Positions 50,063-59,619 of a stretch of DNA of 64,000 nt are shown piece by piece (the first letter of the stretch is position 1; each line of letters starts with the position of its first letter). The notes beneath the pieces were generated by a model. That model saw only the letters and a list, made by a program, of their open reading frames with translations, ran no database searches and was not told the DNA's origin. The translations under genes were made by a program, and so were the position numbers. Origin of the DNA: Tubiluchus corallicola (taxonomy: Eukaryota > Animalia > Priapulida). Location of the stretch: assembly GCA_030141605.1 (NCBI GenBank), contig JAQGDQ010002369.1, forward strand, positions 372,001-436,000, read 5' to 3'.

Positions 50063-51340
50063 ATGACGTTGGAAAATCGATCGGTTCGTATCAAGCTTTT
50101 GATCGCATTGGGCCTCGGCGGCTTTTTAGAAACATACTATATTTATCTCGTTACCTATCTTCTTCCTTTTTTCAGCACCTTTTTCTTCCCAAAAGGATTT
50201 CCATTGTTTTGGAGTTATCTATTGCTTTATATGGCGTGGTTCCTTGTACAGCCTCTGAGTAGTTTCTACTTTGGCCATTATGGGGATAAATATGGAAGAA
50301 AGAAGAGGCTGGTCGTCTCTCTTGTGATCATGGCCGTCTCTGTTTTTCTAATCGGTGTTCTTCCTTCCTACGATACAATAGGAGTTTGGGCCTTCATCTT
50401 CTTTGTCCTCCTAGTCTGGCTTCAGGGCTTTTCATTCGGAGGAGAGTTTGGAGCTGCGACGACCTTTTTGACTGAATATGCCCCCAAAGAGAAAAAAGGG
50501 TTTTATGTCAGCTGGGTTTACTTTTCAACATTTCTAGGTATTTTCTTCGCCTCGTCTGTTTCAGGCTTTGTCTATGATGCCAAGAGCTGGAACTGGCGCT
50601 ATCCTTTCCTCATTGGCCTATTGCTCACTCTGATTGGGATCTACTTGCGTGCAAAGATTCCGGAGACACCGGTCTTCCGAAAAATGGTTGATGAAAATCG
50701 AGTTTCTCCAGCTCCTGTCAGCCATATGTTCCGCAACTATTGGAAAACGCTTCTTCTGACTATTGGGATCACCATAGGAATTGCGGTCATCCTCGGTTTT
50801 CAATTTGAGTTCCTGGAGTATTTTTTCATTCATGTCATAAAGATAGACAGGGATCATGCTCTTTTTTTGAACAGCTTTACCTCATTGGTCATCATTCTTT
50901 TCATCCCATTTGCGGGAGCCATTTCTGATAAAGTGGGAAGAAAATACGCTCTATTCTGGGGTTATGCCGCCCTTGCCATCATCTCATTTCCTCTCTTTCT
51001 TCTTGTTGTCAAGGGACACCCTGCTTTTACGATGATTGTCCTCTTCTTTTTTGGTCTTTTTGGCGCCTGTGTTCTGGGACTTCTGGGACTCTATATCGCC
51101 GAACAGTTTCCTACATCGGTAAGACTCACCGGATTTTGTTTTGCGCTAAATATTGGACTTGGTGTTTTCGAGACTGTGATTTCCCTCATGACCGAATATG
51201 AGGTAACTTTTCTTCCGAATACCTATTCGGCTGCTCTTTTTGTGACGGGTGGATGTTTGATCGCCCTTCTATGCCTGAAGGGAACTTCGGAGAGTGCTTT
51301 CAATCCTTTAAAAGAAGAAATAGACGAAAATCCATTATGA
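50063..51340 (+). CDS. MHS MFS transporter 4 (divergent TM1)
   Basis: GDKYGRK, WLQGFSFGGE, EQFPTSVR. Confidence 0.85.
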   Translation: MTLENRSVRIKLLIALGLGGFLETYYIYLVTYLLPFFSTFFFPKGFPLFWSYLLLYMAWFLVQPLSSFYFGHYGDKYGRKKRLVVSLVIMAVSVFLIGVLPSYDTIGVWAFIFFVLLVWLQGFSFGGEFGAATTFLTEYAPKEKKGFYVSWVYFSTFLGIFFASSVSGFVYDAKSWNWRYPFLIGLLLTLIGIYLRAKIPETPVFRKMVDENRVSPAPVSHMFRNYWKTLLLTIGITIGIAVILGFQFEFLEYFFIHVIKIDRDHALFLNSFTSLVIILFIPFAGAISDKVGRKYALFWGYAALAIISFPLFLLVVKGHPAFTMIVLFFFGLFGACVLGLLGLYIAEQFPTSVRLTGFCFALNIGLGVFETVISLMTEYEVTFLPNTYSAALFVTGGCLIALLCLKGTSESAFNPLKEEIDENPL

Positions 51341-51356
51341 CTTGGGAGTTATTCTA

Positions 51357-52595
51357 ATGAAATACAAGGTTCTCATTGCGGTCTGTATCGGGGGTTTTTT
51401 ACAGAGTTATAATTCCTATATCGCCCAATACTTCACCGATGCAACCCTTGGTCTGTATATTTCCAAGGACCATGAGGCCATTTTCTATTATTTGAATTTG
51501 ATTCCCTGGCTCATCATCTGGCCTCTGAGCTCATTTTACTTTGGCCCTGTAGGAGACCGGAAAGGAAGAAAGCCGATGCTGGTCCTTTCCATGATGCTAA
51601 TGGCTATCTCGACTTTTCTTCTTGGTGTTTTGCCCACCTATGCCCAGATAGGCATTCTTGCATCTGTCCTGATGTTTCTATTAAATTGCGTGCAGGGATT
51701 TGCCTTCGGCGGGGAATTTGGAGGGGCTGTTTCCCTTTTGCTCGAATATGCCCCCCCCAAACGGCGAGGCCTTTACCTCAGTTGGCTCATGTTCAGCATT
51801 TTCATAGGAATATTATTCGTGGCGCTATTGAGTGCCTGGTTTTACGAGAGCTTCTCTTCTGAATTCTTCAAAAATTGGGGATGGAGAATATTGATCCTTG
51901 CGGGAATCGTCATGATTTTTCCTGCGGCTTACCTGCGAGCAGCTGTACCGGAAAGTCCGGTCTTCACCCAAATCGCACCATTGAAGGCTCCTCTCAAACA
52001 ACTCTTTTCGCAATATGGGAAAAATGTACTCTTGGGGATAGGCCTATGCCTCGGTCCTGCTGTCTGGATCGGTTTTCATTTTGATTTTCATACGACATTC
52101 TTCATCGATTTTGTCGGTGTTACTAAAATGAACGCCTTTCTTCTTCTTTCCTATACGACGATCATTTTTCTTGTTTTCATTCCCATTATGGGCGCTGCAT
52201 CTGACAAGCTTGGAAGAAAGTTCATCTTTTACTGGGGATGTATTGCGATGGCAGTCATTTCCTGGCCTCTCTTTCAGCTAGTCAAACTGCACCATCCGGC
52301 GATCCTTTTCATCGTGCTTTTTTTCTTTGGGTTTTTCTCTGCTTTTCTCTTCAGCGTCCTCTCCTGTTTTATCGGAGAACTTTTTCCGACTAACGTCAGA
52401 TATTCCGGCTACTCCATTGCGAGCAATATAGGAATTGGAGTCTTTGAGACTATCATTCCTCCTTTGGCTATTCTCAGTATCCGGTATTACAATCTCTATC
52501 TCTCGGCCCTTATGGTCTCACTGGCCTGCATCGTTTCTCTCGTTTGCGCCTACTTTTTAAAAGAGACAGCTTTTCACGAATTGGAGAATGAATGA
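51357..52595 (+). CDS. MHS MFS transporter 5 (divergent TM1)
   Basis: GDRKGRK, VQGFAFGGE, ELFPTNVRYSG. Confidence 0.85.
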   Translation: MKYKVLIAVCIGGFLQSYNSYIAQYFTDATLGLYISKDHEAIFYYLNLIPWLIIWPLSSFYFGPVGDRKGRKPMLVLSMMLMAISTFLLGVLPTYAQIGILASVLMFLLNCVQGFAFGGEFGGAVSLLLEYAPPKRRGLYLSWLMFSIFIGILFVALLSAWFYESFSSEFFKNWGWRILILAGIVMIFPAAYLRAAVPESPVFTQIAPLKAPLKQLFSQYGKNVLLGIGLCLGPAVWIGFHFDFHTTFFIDFVGVTKMNAFLLLSYTTIIFLVFIPIMGAASDKLGRKFIFYWGCIAMAVISWPLFQLVKLHHPAILFIVLFFFGFFSAFLFSVLSCFIGELFPTNVRYSGYSIASNIGIGVFETIIPPLAILSIRYYNLYLSALMVSLACIVSLVCAYFLKETAFHELENE

Positions 52596-53830
52596 ATATT
52601 AGAGTCTTAGCTGCCACCGGTCTTGGGGGATTTCTACAGTTTTATAATGTTTATCTCGTTTCTTATTTTGTCGTGATCCTGCTCGAATCTTTCTTTCCGG
52701 CAACCCAAGGAACTTTTTTCTATATTGTCAGTTTGATTGCCTGGATCATCATCAGGCCGTTGAGCAGCTTTTATTTCGGTCCAAGAGGGGACCGGAAAAG
52801 CCGGAAGAATATGCTTGTTTAGTCGATGATGCTGATGGCGATCGCGACTTTTCTCATCGGATTTATTCCCACAGAGTCTCAAATCGGCATTGCAGCCACA
52901 GTCCTTTTGATTTTCTTTTTATTTGTTTAGGGATTTGCCTTTGGAGGAGAGTATGGGGGAGCTGTGTCTCTCCTCATCGAGTATGCGCCTTCTCATAAAC
53001 GAGGACTCTACGCAAGCTGGATCTTTTTTACATCGTTTTTGGGTATCCTCTTCGTCACACTCTTGACGTCCTGGTTTTACGCAATTTTCTCCAGCGCTTT
53101 CATGGCCGCTTGGGGATGGAGGATTCTATTCGTATTGGGTATTGTGCTCGCGGCTCCAGCTATTTACTTGCGAACATCAATTCCAGACAGTCCGGCTTTT
53201 TTAAAAATTAAGCCGTTAAAGCACCCCATGAAGCATCTTTTTTCCGATCATTGGAAAGAGATCCTCCTCGGGATCGGTATTTGCATCGGTCCTGCTGTGA
53301 CAGCAGGCTTTCACTTTGATTTTCTCTCCATTTTTCTCATCGATTTCGTTGGCCTTTCAACGGAATTGACTTATCTTCTTCTCGCATTCACAACGGTTAT
53401 TTTTCTCATATTCGTACCCATTATGGGAGCGACATCCGACAAAATTGGTAGAAAAATCGTTTTTTTCTGGGGAGTGATTGCAACAGCTGTACTTGCCTGG
53501 CCCCTATTTCAGCTCGTTCAGTATATCCATCCCATCTTCACCGTTATCGTCCTCTTCTTTTATGGCTTCTTTGCCGCCTGCATGTACGGGACGCTCGGTT
53601 CCTTTCTGGGTGAGCTTTTCCCAACCAAGGTCCGCTATTCTGGATTTGCACTTTCCTCCAATATCGGAGTAGGGATTTTCGAGTCGATCATTCCGATGAT
53701 TACCCTCTATAGCATTCACTATTTCGATCTCTATATATCTTCGATCCTGGTCACGATTGCCTGTCTGATCACAGTTCTCTGTCTTTACTTTTCTAAAGAA
53801 ACTGCTTTCAAACCCTTGAAAGAAAATTAG
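52592..53830 (+). pseudogene. MHS MFS transporter 6 with two in-frame TAG codons
   Basis: One continuous frame; TAG at 52820-52822 (Leu in paralog 5) and 52928-52930 (Gln in paralog 5). Confidence 0.8.
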
Positions 53831-53926
53831 TAATCATAATTGTTGTTACTTACATTCTTAATATGTAATTAACATCTGTTTTTATAATATTGTCGTCTTT
53901 TTTAAAAAAAAAGTGGGTATTAAGGT

Positions 53927-54475
53927 GTGTCAATTAGTGTAATTAATTCATTGAATGCTATTAAGGAAGCTGAGATTCCTAATGAGGAGCTTCCTCAGCT
54001 TTCTCTTCCAAAAGATTTTGCCGATAGCACGGTAATTCAAAATTATTTTCCCATCAGGGGTCAAGTTGAAAATTTGACAAGACTGGAGCAAAAGCTCGAT
54101 CAATTGAAGAATGATGAAGGGCACCATAAAAAAAATAGTTTGCTTTACCTTGCCGGGGTTGTAACTTGCGTTGCAGCAGCAGTGCTGCTAGGGATTTTTG
54201 TGAGTCCACTTCTTTCCATTCCCTTTGCCTTGGGAGCAGCATTGTTGAATATTGGTGCATTCATCACTTCTTCAGAAGCTCACCACCCAAGCTCTTGGGA
54301 TGGCGGACCACTTGTAGGTGTCTTGGGGTCTCTTATCTACGTGATTGAAGCCTTCGGCGTAAAGGCAAGTTTATTTGAAAGGAATCATGAAAGAAAAATG
54401 AAAGATTTTGAGAAGTCGTTTGCTCAATTGAAGATGATGCTACAGGATCCTACCTTCATAAAAAGAGTAGAGTAG
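53927..54475 (+). CDS. Inc-like protein with bilobed hydrophobic domain (frame continues past TAG to 54598)
   Basis: LLYLAGVVTCVAAAVLLGIFVSPLLSIPFALGAALLNIGAFI; 40 more sense codons after the TAG at 54473-54475. Confidence 0.55.
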   Translation: MSISVINSLNAIKEAEIPNEELPQLSLPKDFADSTVIQNYFPIRGQVENLTRLEQKLDQLKNDEGHHKKNSLLYLAGVVTCVAAAVLLGIFVSPLLSIPFALGAALLNIGAFITSSEAHHPSSWDGGPLVGVLGSLIYVIEAFGVKASLFERNHERKMKDFEKSFAQLKMMLQDPTFIKRVE

Positions 54476-54594
54476 ATGCGAGCGCAATTGCCAAGTGGAA
54501 CCCTCACTGTCGATGAATACCAGCAGTTGCAAGGAATCGAGAAAGCGATTGCATTCATGGAAAGATTAGAATCCTCTTTAGTTGAGGAAATAGC

Positions 54595-55062
54595 TTAACG
54601 TCTTTTCTTTGCTGGAACGTGATCTAAGATGAGATGGCAGAAATCGGCCAGGACTAAACCTGTGAATCCATAGAGAAAGAAGAAGCGGTAGTCAGAGACA
54701 AACTGAAAGAACTTCTTCTTGCTAATTGTATAGTCCAGCAGGAACATCGTAAGGATCAGAATCATCATCAGCCACAATACTCTTGTGATCGTCCCCCAGG
54801 GTATTGAATGGGAAATCCCCCGATGGCGGAAGATCTTCGAATAGGAACGGAAGGGAAGAGTGAGAAATCCTCTTACGGAAAACATCTTGATCTGATGAGC
54901 GAGATCGAGGTCTGGATTCATGAATAGAGTTCCGTAAAAGTATGCACCTGTGAAAACGAATACATACTCAATATCGGGACGGACGAAGTAAACGAGTGCC
55001 CAGATTAGAAGGGGAAGGGCTAAAAAGAGATTGAAGCGGGCATGGGTTTTATACTGGGCCAT
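54595..55062 (-). CDS. DUF2227-like membrane metal-binding protein
   Basis: KTHARFNL, MNPDLDL, RHRGISH, ADFCHLILD. Confidence 0.75.
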   Translation of the reverse strand: MAQYKTHARFNLFLALPLLIWALVYFVRPDIEYVFVFTGAYFYGTLFMNPDLDLAHQIKMFSVRGFLTLPFRSYSKIFRHRGISHSIPWGTITRVLWLMMILILTMFLLDYTISKKKFFQFVSDYRFFFLYGFTGLVLADFCHLILDHVPAKKRR

Positions 55063-55257
55063 AAGAACCTGAATTGGGTTTTTCTCCTTGATCTTCAGTG
55101 ACTTTTAGTCTAAATACGGAACTTTTTTCCTTGAAAATAGCCTTTTGGCTATTTCCTTCAAAATAAATTTCAGCATTCGATCTAAAATTTCTCTGAATCT
55201 CATAGGAGAAAAATCCAAAGTTCAGGTTAGAAACCTTTTTGACCCAGTAAGATAAAC

Positions 55258-55745
55258 TTACGCTTTAAAGAATGGAAGTTGTTGAAAATTGGTCACATGA
55301 TCTTGAATCTTGGGAGATGACCCTATATTGGTACCCTCATCCTCATCTTCCAAAACAAAAAATTCATCAAAGACATCTGGATATCGAAGGCGATGGATAT
55401 CATCTTTCACACAGGTAATTGCGTGTTGATAATAGGGACAGTCTTGGTATTGCGATCTCGTTTGCTGCACCTTTGGATTTAAATCATGCAGTACATCAGA
55501 TGCCATATCTGGATGAAGTTGATGGAAGGCTTTCAGATATCCAATTTGTGCAACTGAGAGAGAGGTGTATTTACAAATGAAGTTCTTGTCACATCGAGCC
55601 ATTAATGAATAAGCGCATACATATGCTTTGTCTTCTGAGGACAATGCGCGATATTCTTTAGCGATCGTTTGAGAAGAAGTTGTTTTGCAGGTGGTTGAGG
55701 TTCTGGTGGGCGGTGCAGCACGCTCATTTCCGTAGCGATAGACAT
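55258..55745 (-). pseudogene. hypothetical protein, probable 1-nt deletion just after the start codon
   Basis: AAAGGAG RBS plus ATG at 55745 is out of frame with the long open frame YRYGNERAAPP...LSSEDKAYV...FFKA. Confidence 0.45.
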
Positions 55746-55920
55746 GAATTCTCCTTTGTCAATTTATAATTTTTAAGAATCTTCTTTTTTGTGGTAAAAA
55801 TTGAAGAAAAGCGCGATTAGTTTAACTACAGAATCAATTAATTAAAAGGATGAATGTGGTCTTGACTTTCCTAAAGGCTTTGTTTAAAATGCCTTAAAAT
55901 TCCTCACCACGTGAATTCGT

Positions 55921-56805
55921 ATGCTAAAAAGCATGACAGGCTTTGGGCGCTCGTCTAAGGCCACCCCTATAGGACATTTCATTGCTGAAGTGCAGTCTTT
56001 GAATAGAAAATATTTAGAGACATTTACGGTTTTACCGAAAGAGCTATCCCGTTTTGAGATCCCAATCAAAAAATGGGTCGCCCAGAAGATGCATCGAGGG
56101 CAGGTAACTGTTCGGATCTACAGCCTACCGACTGAAGAAAATCTTTTAGGCTGGGTCCCTGATGTAAAGCTTCTTTCCGTTTTGAAAAAGGGATGGGAGA
56201 AGACGGCTGAACAGGTAGGGCTTTCCCATGAATCGATCTCGCTGGAATTTTTGGCTCGGGAATTACGGTATACCCCTGGAATTGAGGCTTTTGGCGAGGT
56301 ACAAGAGTATGAGCCGATCCTTTTTTCTCTCATGGATGAGGCCGTGGGTGAACTCGATAAGATGAGACAGGTAGAGGGGAAGACCCTCGAGGCTGACATC
56401 ATGGAAAGATTCAAGCTGATTGAGAATAATCTCAACCAGATCGAGGCCAAAGCTCCGGTTGCTCCTGCCAAATTTAGAGAAAGGCTTCAAAAAGTTGCTG
56501 AGGAATTTTTACATCCAAACCCTGAAAATGAACAGAGGATCCTAAGAGAGATCGTCGTCATCGGGGACAAACTGGATATCACCGAAGAAATCGTCCGGTT
56601 CCGGTCCCATTTGGACCAGTTCCGCAAACTTACTCAAAGCGATCTTCCTTTCGTGGGTAGAAAGCTCGACTTCCTTCTTCAGGAGATGGGTCGTGAGGCC
56701 AATACGATCTCAGCGAAAGCAAGCGATGCGCAAGTCTCCAGTTGGGTTGTGGACACAAAGAGCGAATTGGAAAAAATCAGAGAGCAAGTACAAAACATAG
56801 AATGA
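55921..56805 (+). CDS. yicC: YicC/YloC family endoribonuclease
   Basis: MLKSMTGFG, DITEEIVR, GRKLDFLLQEMGREANTI, EKIREQVQNIE. Confidence 0.93.
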   Translation: MLKSMTGFGRSSKATPIGHFIAEVQSLNRKYLETFTVLPKELSRFEIPIKKWVAQKMHRGQVTVRIYSLPTEENLLGWVPDVKLLSVLKKGWEKTAEQVGLSHESISLEFLARELRYTPGIEAFGEVQEYEPILFSLMDEAVGELDKMRQVEGKTLEADIMERFKLIENNLNQIEAKAPVAPAKFRERLQKVAEEFLHPNPENEQRILREIVVIGDKLDITEEIVRFRSHLDQFRKLTQSDLPFVGRKLDFLLQEMGREANTISAKASDAQVSSWVVDTKSELEKIREQVQNIE

Positions 56806-57392
56806 GAAAACCACTCGGCAATCTGAAAAAAGGACTTTTGTTTGTACTGAGCGCTCCTGCTGGAACGGGAAAAACTACTCTTGCCCATAAGCTGAAAGAA
56901 GAATTTGATTGTGTAGTGAGCAGCGTCTCCTATACGACCCGAGCAATGCGCCCCGATGAAAAGAATGGAGTCGATTACAACTTCATCTCGAAAGAAGAGT
57001 TTGAGAGTAAAATCGTCAAGGGGGACTTCCTCGAGTATGCCCAGGTCTTTGAGCACTATTATGGGACCGATCGTAAGTTTGTGGAAAATCTGCAGAAGCA
57101 GGGGAAACACGTATTACTTGTGATCGATACTCAAGGTGCCATGAAGATCAAGAGCAAAGTAGAGGCTGCTTTTGTTTTTATCAATCCTCCTTCCTTTGAT
57201 GAGCTTCGTAAAAGACTCACAGAGAGAAATACGGAAACAGAAAATAACGTCGCAGAGCGGCTTTCCTGGGCGAAGAATGAAATGGAAGTAGGAATAAGTT
57301 ACGATTATCATATCATTAATGAAGATCTAAACACTGCTTACGATGTCCTGCGATCAGTCTTGATTGCAGAAGAGCATCGCAGGCTCAAATAA
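56802..57392 (+). CDS. gmk: guanylate kinase
   Basis: SAPAGTGKTT, SYTTRAMR, GVDYNF, YYGT. Confidence 0.96.
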   Translation: MRKPLGNLKKGLLFVLSAPAGTGKTTLAHKLKEEFDCVVSSVSYTTRAMRPDEKNGVDYNFISKEEFESKIVKGDFLEYAQVFEHYYGTDRKFVENLQKQGKHVLLVIDTQGAMKIKSKVEAAFVFINPPSFDELRKRLTERNTETENNVAERLSWAKNEMEVGISYDYHIINEDLNTAYDVLRSVLIAEEHRRLK

Positions 57393-57403
57393 ATAGGAGA
57401 AAA

Positions 57404-57598
57404 ATGATTGGACGACCCCTTACAACGGAACGTTTCAAAAAACATTTCCGTAATAATTTTGATCTGACCAATTTTGCCATCCATTATGCAAGAGAATTTG
57501 TCATGTCCGGACAGGAAGGCAATCTCGATAGAATCATGAATGGAATTGCTAAAGAAGTAGAAAAAGAGCACGCAAAAGAGCTGGAAAAGAAGCAATGA
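57404..57598 (+). CDS. rpoZ: probable RNA polymerase omega subunit (chlamydial type)
   Basis: Lies between gmk and metG; LTTERFKKHFRNNFDLTNFAI resembles the chlamydial omega N-terminus as recalled. Confidence 0.6.
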   Translation: MIGRPLTTERFKKHFRNNFDLTNFAIHYAREFVMSGQEGNLDRIMNGIAKEVEKEHAKELEKKQ

Positions 57599-59619
57599 AA
57601 ACCCTGATAACCTCTGCACTTCCTTATGCAAATGGTCCCTTGCATTTTGGACATCTCGCCGGATCCTATCTTCCTGCCGATGCTTATGCGCGCTTTCAAC
57701 GGCTTATAGGAAATGATGTTCTCTTCGTCTGTGGATCGGACGAGTATGGCATCGCGATTACGCTCAGTGCGGAGCTTGCTCATCGGACACCTAAAGAACA
57801 TGTCGATCACTTTCACAAGATGAACGTCGATTTATTCAACCAACTCAACATGTCCTTCGATCACTTTTCCCGAACGACATGGGAAGGGCATATTCAGACC
57901 GTTCAGGAATTTTTCAAAGACCTCTATGACAACGGCTATATTGAAAAGAGAACCGAAGAACATCTCTATTCCGAAGAAGAAAAACGATTTTTAGCAGACC
58001 GCTACGTGATGGGTTCTTGCCCCGCCTGCGGTTTCGAGGATGCCAGGGGAGATGAATGTCCTAAATGCAGCGCTTCCTTCGAGGCAACAGATCTGAAAAA
58101 ACCTCGGTCCAAACTCACTGGAAGCCCTCTGATTCTGAAACCGAGCACTCACTGGTACCTTCTTTTCGACAAGTTCAAAGGAAAGCTAGCAAAATGGATC
58201 AAACAGAAAGAATGGAAGGAAAACGTACTCAACTTTTCTGAAAAATACATCGAAGACCTAAGAGCCCGGGCCATTACACGCGATTCCAAATGGGGAGTAC
58301 CCGTCCCACTCGAAGAAGCAGCAGGAAAAGTCCTTTATGTCTGGTTTGATGCGCCCATTGGATACATCTCTGCATCGAAAGAATGGGCAGAGAAAAAAGG
58401 GAAACCGGATGCATGGAAAGATTACTGGCTGGATTCCGAGACGAAACTGGTGAACTTTCTGGGAAAAGACAACATTCCTTTTCACGCTGTCTTTTTTCCG
58501 GCGATGATCATGGGACAAAACCGGTCCTACAAAATCGTCGATGAACTACCCGCGAATGAATTCCTCATGTTGGAAGGAAAGCAGTTTTCAAAATCAGAAG
58601 GCTGGTATGTCGACTTGCAGGAGTTTTTCTCCAGTTATACCTCAGATCAGATCCGCTATACCCTGGCCGCCAATGCACCAGAGACTTCCGATGCCGACTT
58701 CAGCTGGAAAGATTTTCAAATGCGATGTAATTCAGAACTTCTCGGTAAGTTGGGCAACTTCATCAATCGGACTCTGGTTTTTGCTCAGAACAATTGCGAC
58801 GGGAAGATCCCCGAGCCGGGACCTCTCGAGGAGGAGGATGAGGTATTCCTTGCATCAATCGTAGAAAAGTGTCTTGAAGCAGAAAACAACTATGCAAACT
58901 TCCGTCTTCGAAAAGCTTCCCAGTGCATCATGGACCTTGCCCAGTTAGGCAACGCCTATTTCGATGGGAAGAAACCCTGGATTGCTTCCAAAGATCCTTC
59001 AATGCATCCACAAATGGATACGACGATTTCCTGCTGTATGGAATGCATTAAAGCTCTTTGTCTTCTTTCCTCTCCGATCATTCCTGAGGCGGCAGAAAAA
59101 GCCTGGAAACTTCTCGGTCAAAAATCAATTGTTGCAGAGCAAAACTGGGAGAGCTTTCTTAAAGAAAAACTCGCCAGTAGAACTCAGCTGCCCAAGCCCA
59201 AGCTTCTCTTCCGAAAAGTAGAAGATGAGGAAATCATCAACGAAGTGGCAAAATTGGGGCAGAGTATAACACCTGAGGTTTCTTTAGAGCCTCTCAAACA
59301 GATGGTCGATTTCGATCACTTTACCCAGCTCGATCTTCGCGTTGCTCAAGTTCTCCAAGCTGAAAAAGTACCTAAAAGCAAAAAGCTGTTGCAGATTCTG
59401 CTCGATGTCGGTTTTGAGAAAAGAACCGTCGTCTCCGGGATAGCAAAATCAATCGAGCCGAGCGACCTCATCGGCAAAAAGGTAATCCTTGTTGCCAATC
59501 TAAAACCAGCAAAGATTATGGGAATTGAAAGTCAGGGAATGATCTTGGCCGCATCCCTGAATGAAGAGTTAGAACTTCCCTTTCTTCAGAAGCTGAATCC
59601 GGGAAGCATCGTTTCCTGA
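57595..59619 (+). CDS. metG: methionine--tRNA ligase with C-terminal tRNA-binding domain
   Basis: SALPYANGPLHFGH, zinc knuckle, YVWFDA, QFSKS. Confidence 0.97.
   Translation: MKTLITSALPYANGPLHFGHLAGSYLPADAYARFQRLIGNDVLFVCGSDEYGIAITLSAELAHRTPKEHVDHFHKMNVDLFNQLNMSFDHFSRTTWEGHIQTVQEFFKDLYDNGYIEKRTEEHLYSEEEKRFLADRYVMGSCPACGFEDARGDECPKCSASFEATDLKKPRSKLTGSPLILKPSTHWYLLFDKFKGKLAKWIKQKEWKENVLNFSEKYIEDLRARAITRDSKWGVPVPLEEAAGKVLYVWFDAPIGYISASKEWAEKKGKPDAWKDYWLDSETKLVNFLGKDNIPFHAVFFPAMIMGQNRSYKIVDELPANEFLMLEGKQFSKSEGWYVDLQEFFSSYTSDQIRYTLAANAPETSDADFSWKDFQMRCNSELLGKLGNFINRTLVFAQNNCDGKIPEPGPLEEEDEVFLASIVEKCLEAENNYANFRLRKASQCIMDLAQLGNAYFDGKKPWIASKDPSMHPQMDTTISCCMECIKALCLLSSPIIPEAAEKAWKLLGQKSIVAEQNWESFLKEKLASRTQLPKPKLLFRKVEDEEIINEVAKLGQSITPEVSLEPLKQMVDFDHFTQLDLRVAQVLQAEKVPKSKKLLQILLDVGFEKRTVVSGIAKSIEPSDLIGKKVILVANLKPAKIMGIESQGMILAASLNEELELPFLQKLNPGSIVS

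Noticed and set aside
52820-54475. Several in-frame TAG codons (also at 504 and near 31715) suggesting amber recoding
   Set aside because: ftsH, pnp, rpmE2, ffh and prmC end in TAG at expected positions, prfA is intact, the TAGs replace different residues (Leu, Gln), and TAA/TGA lesions also occur
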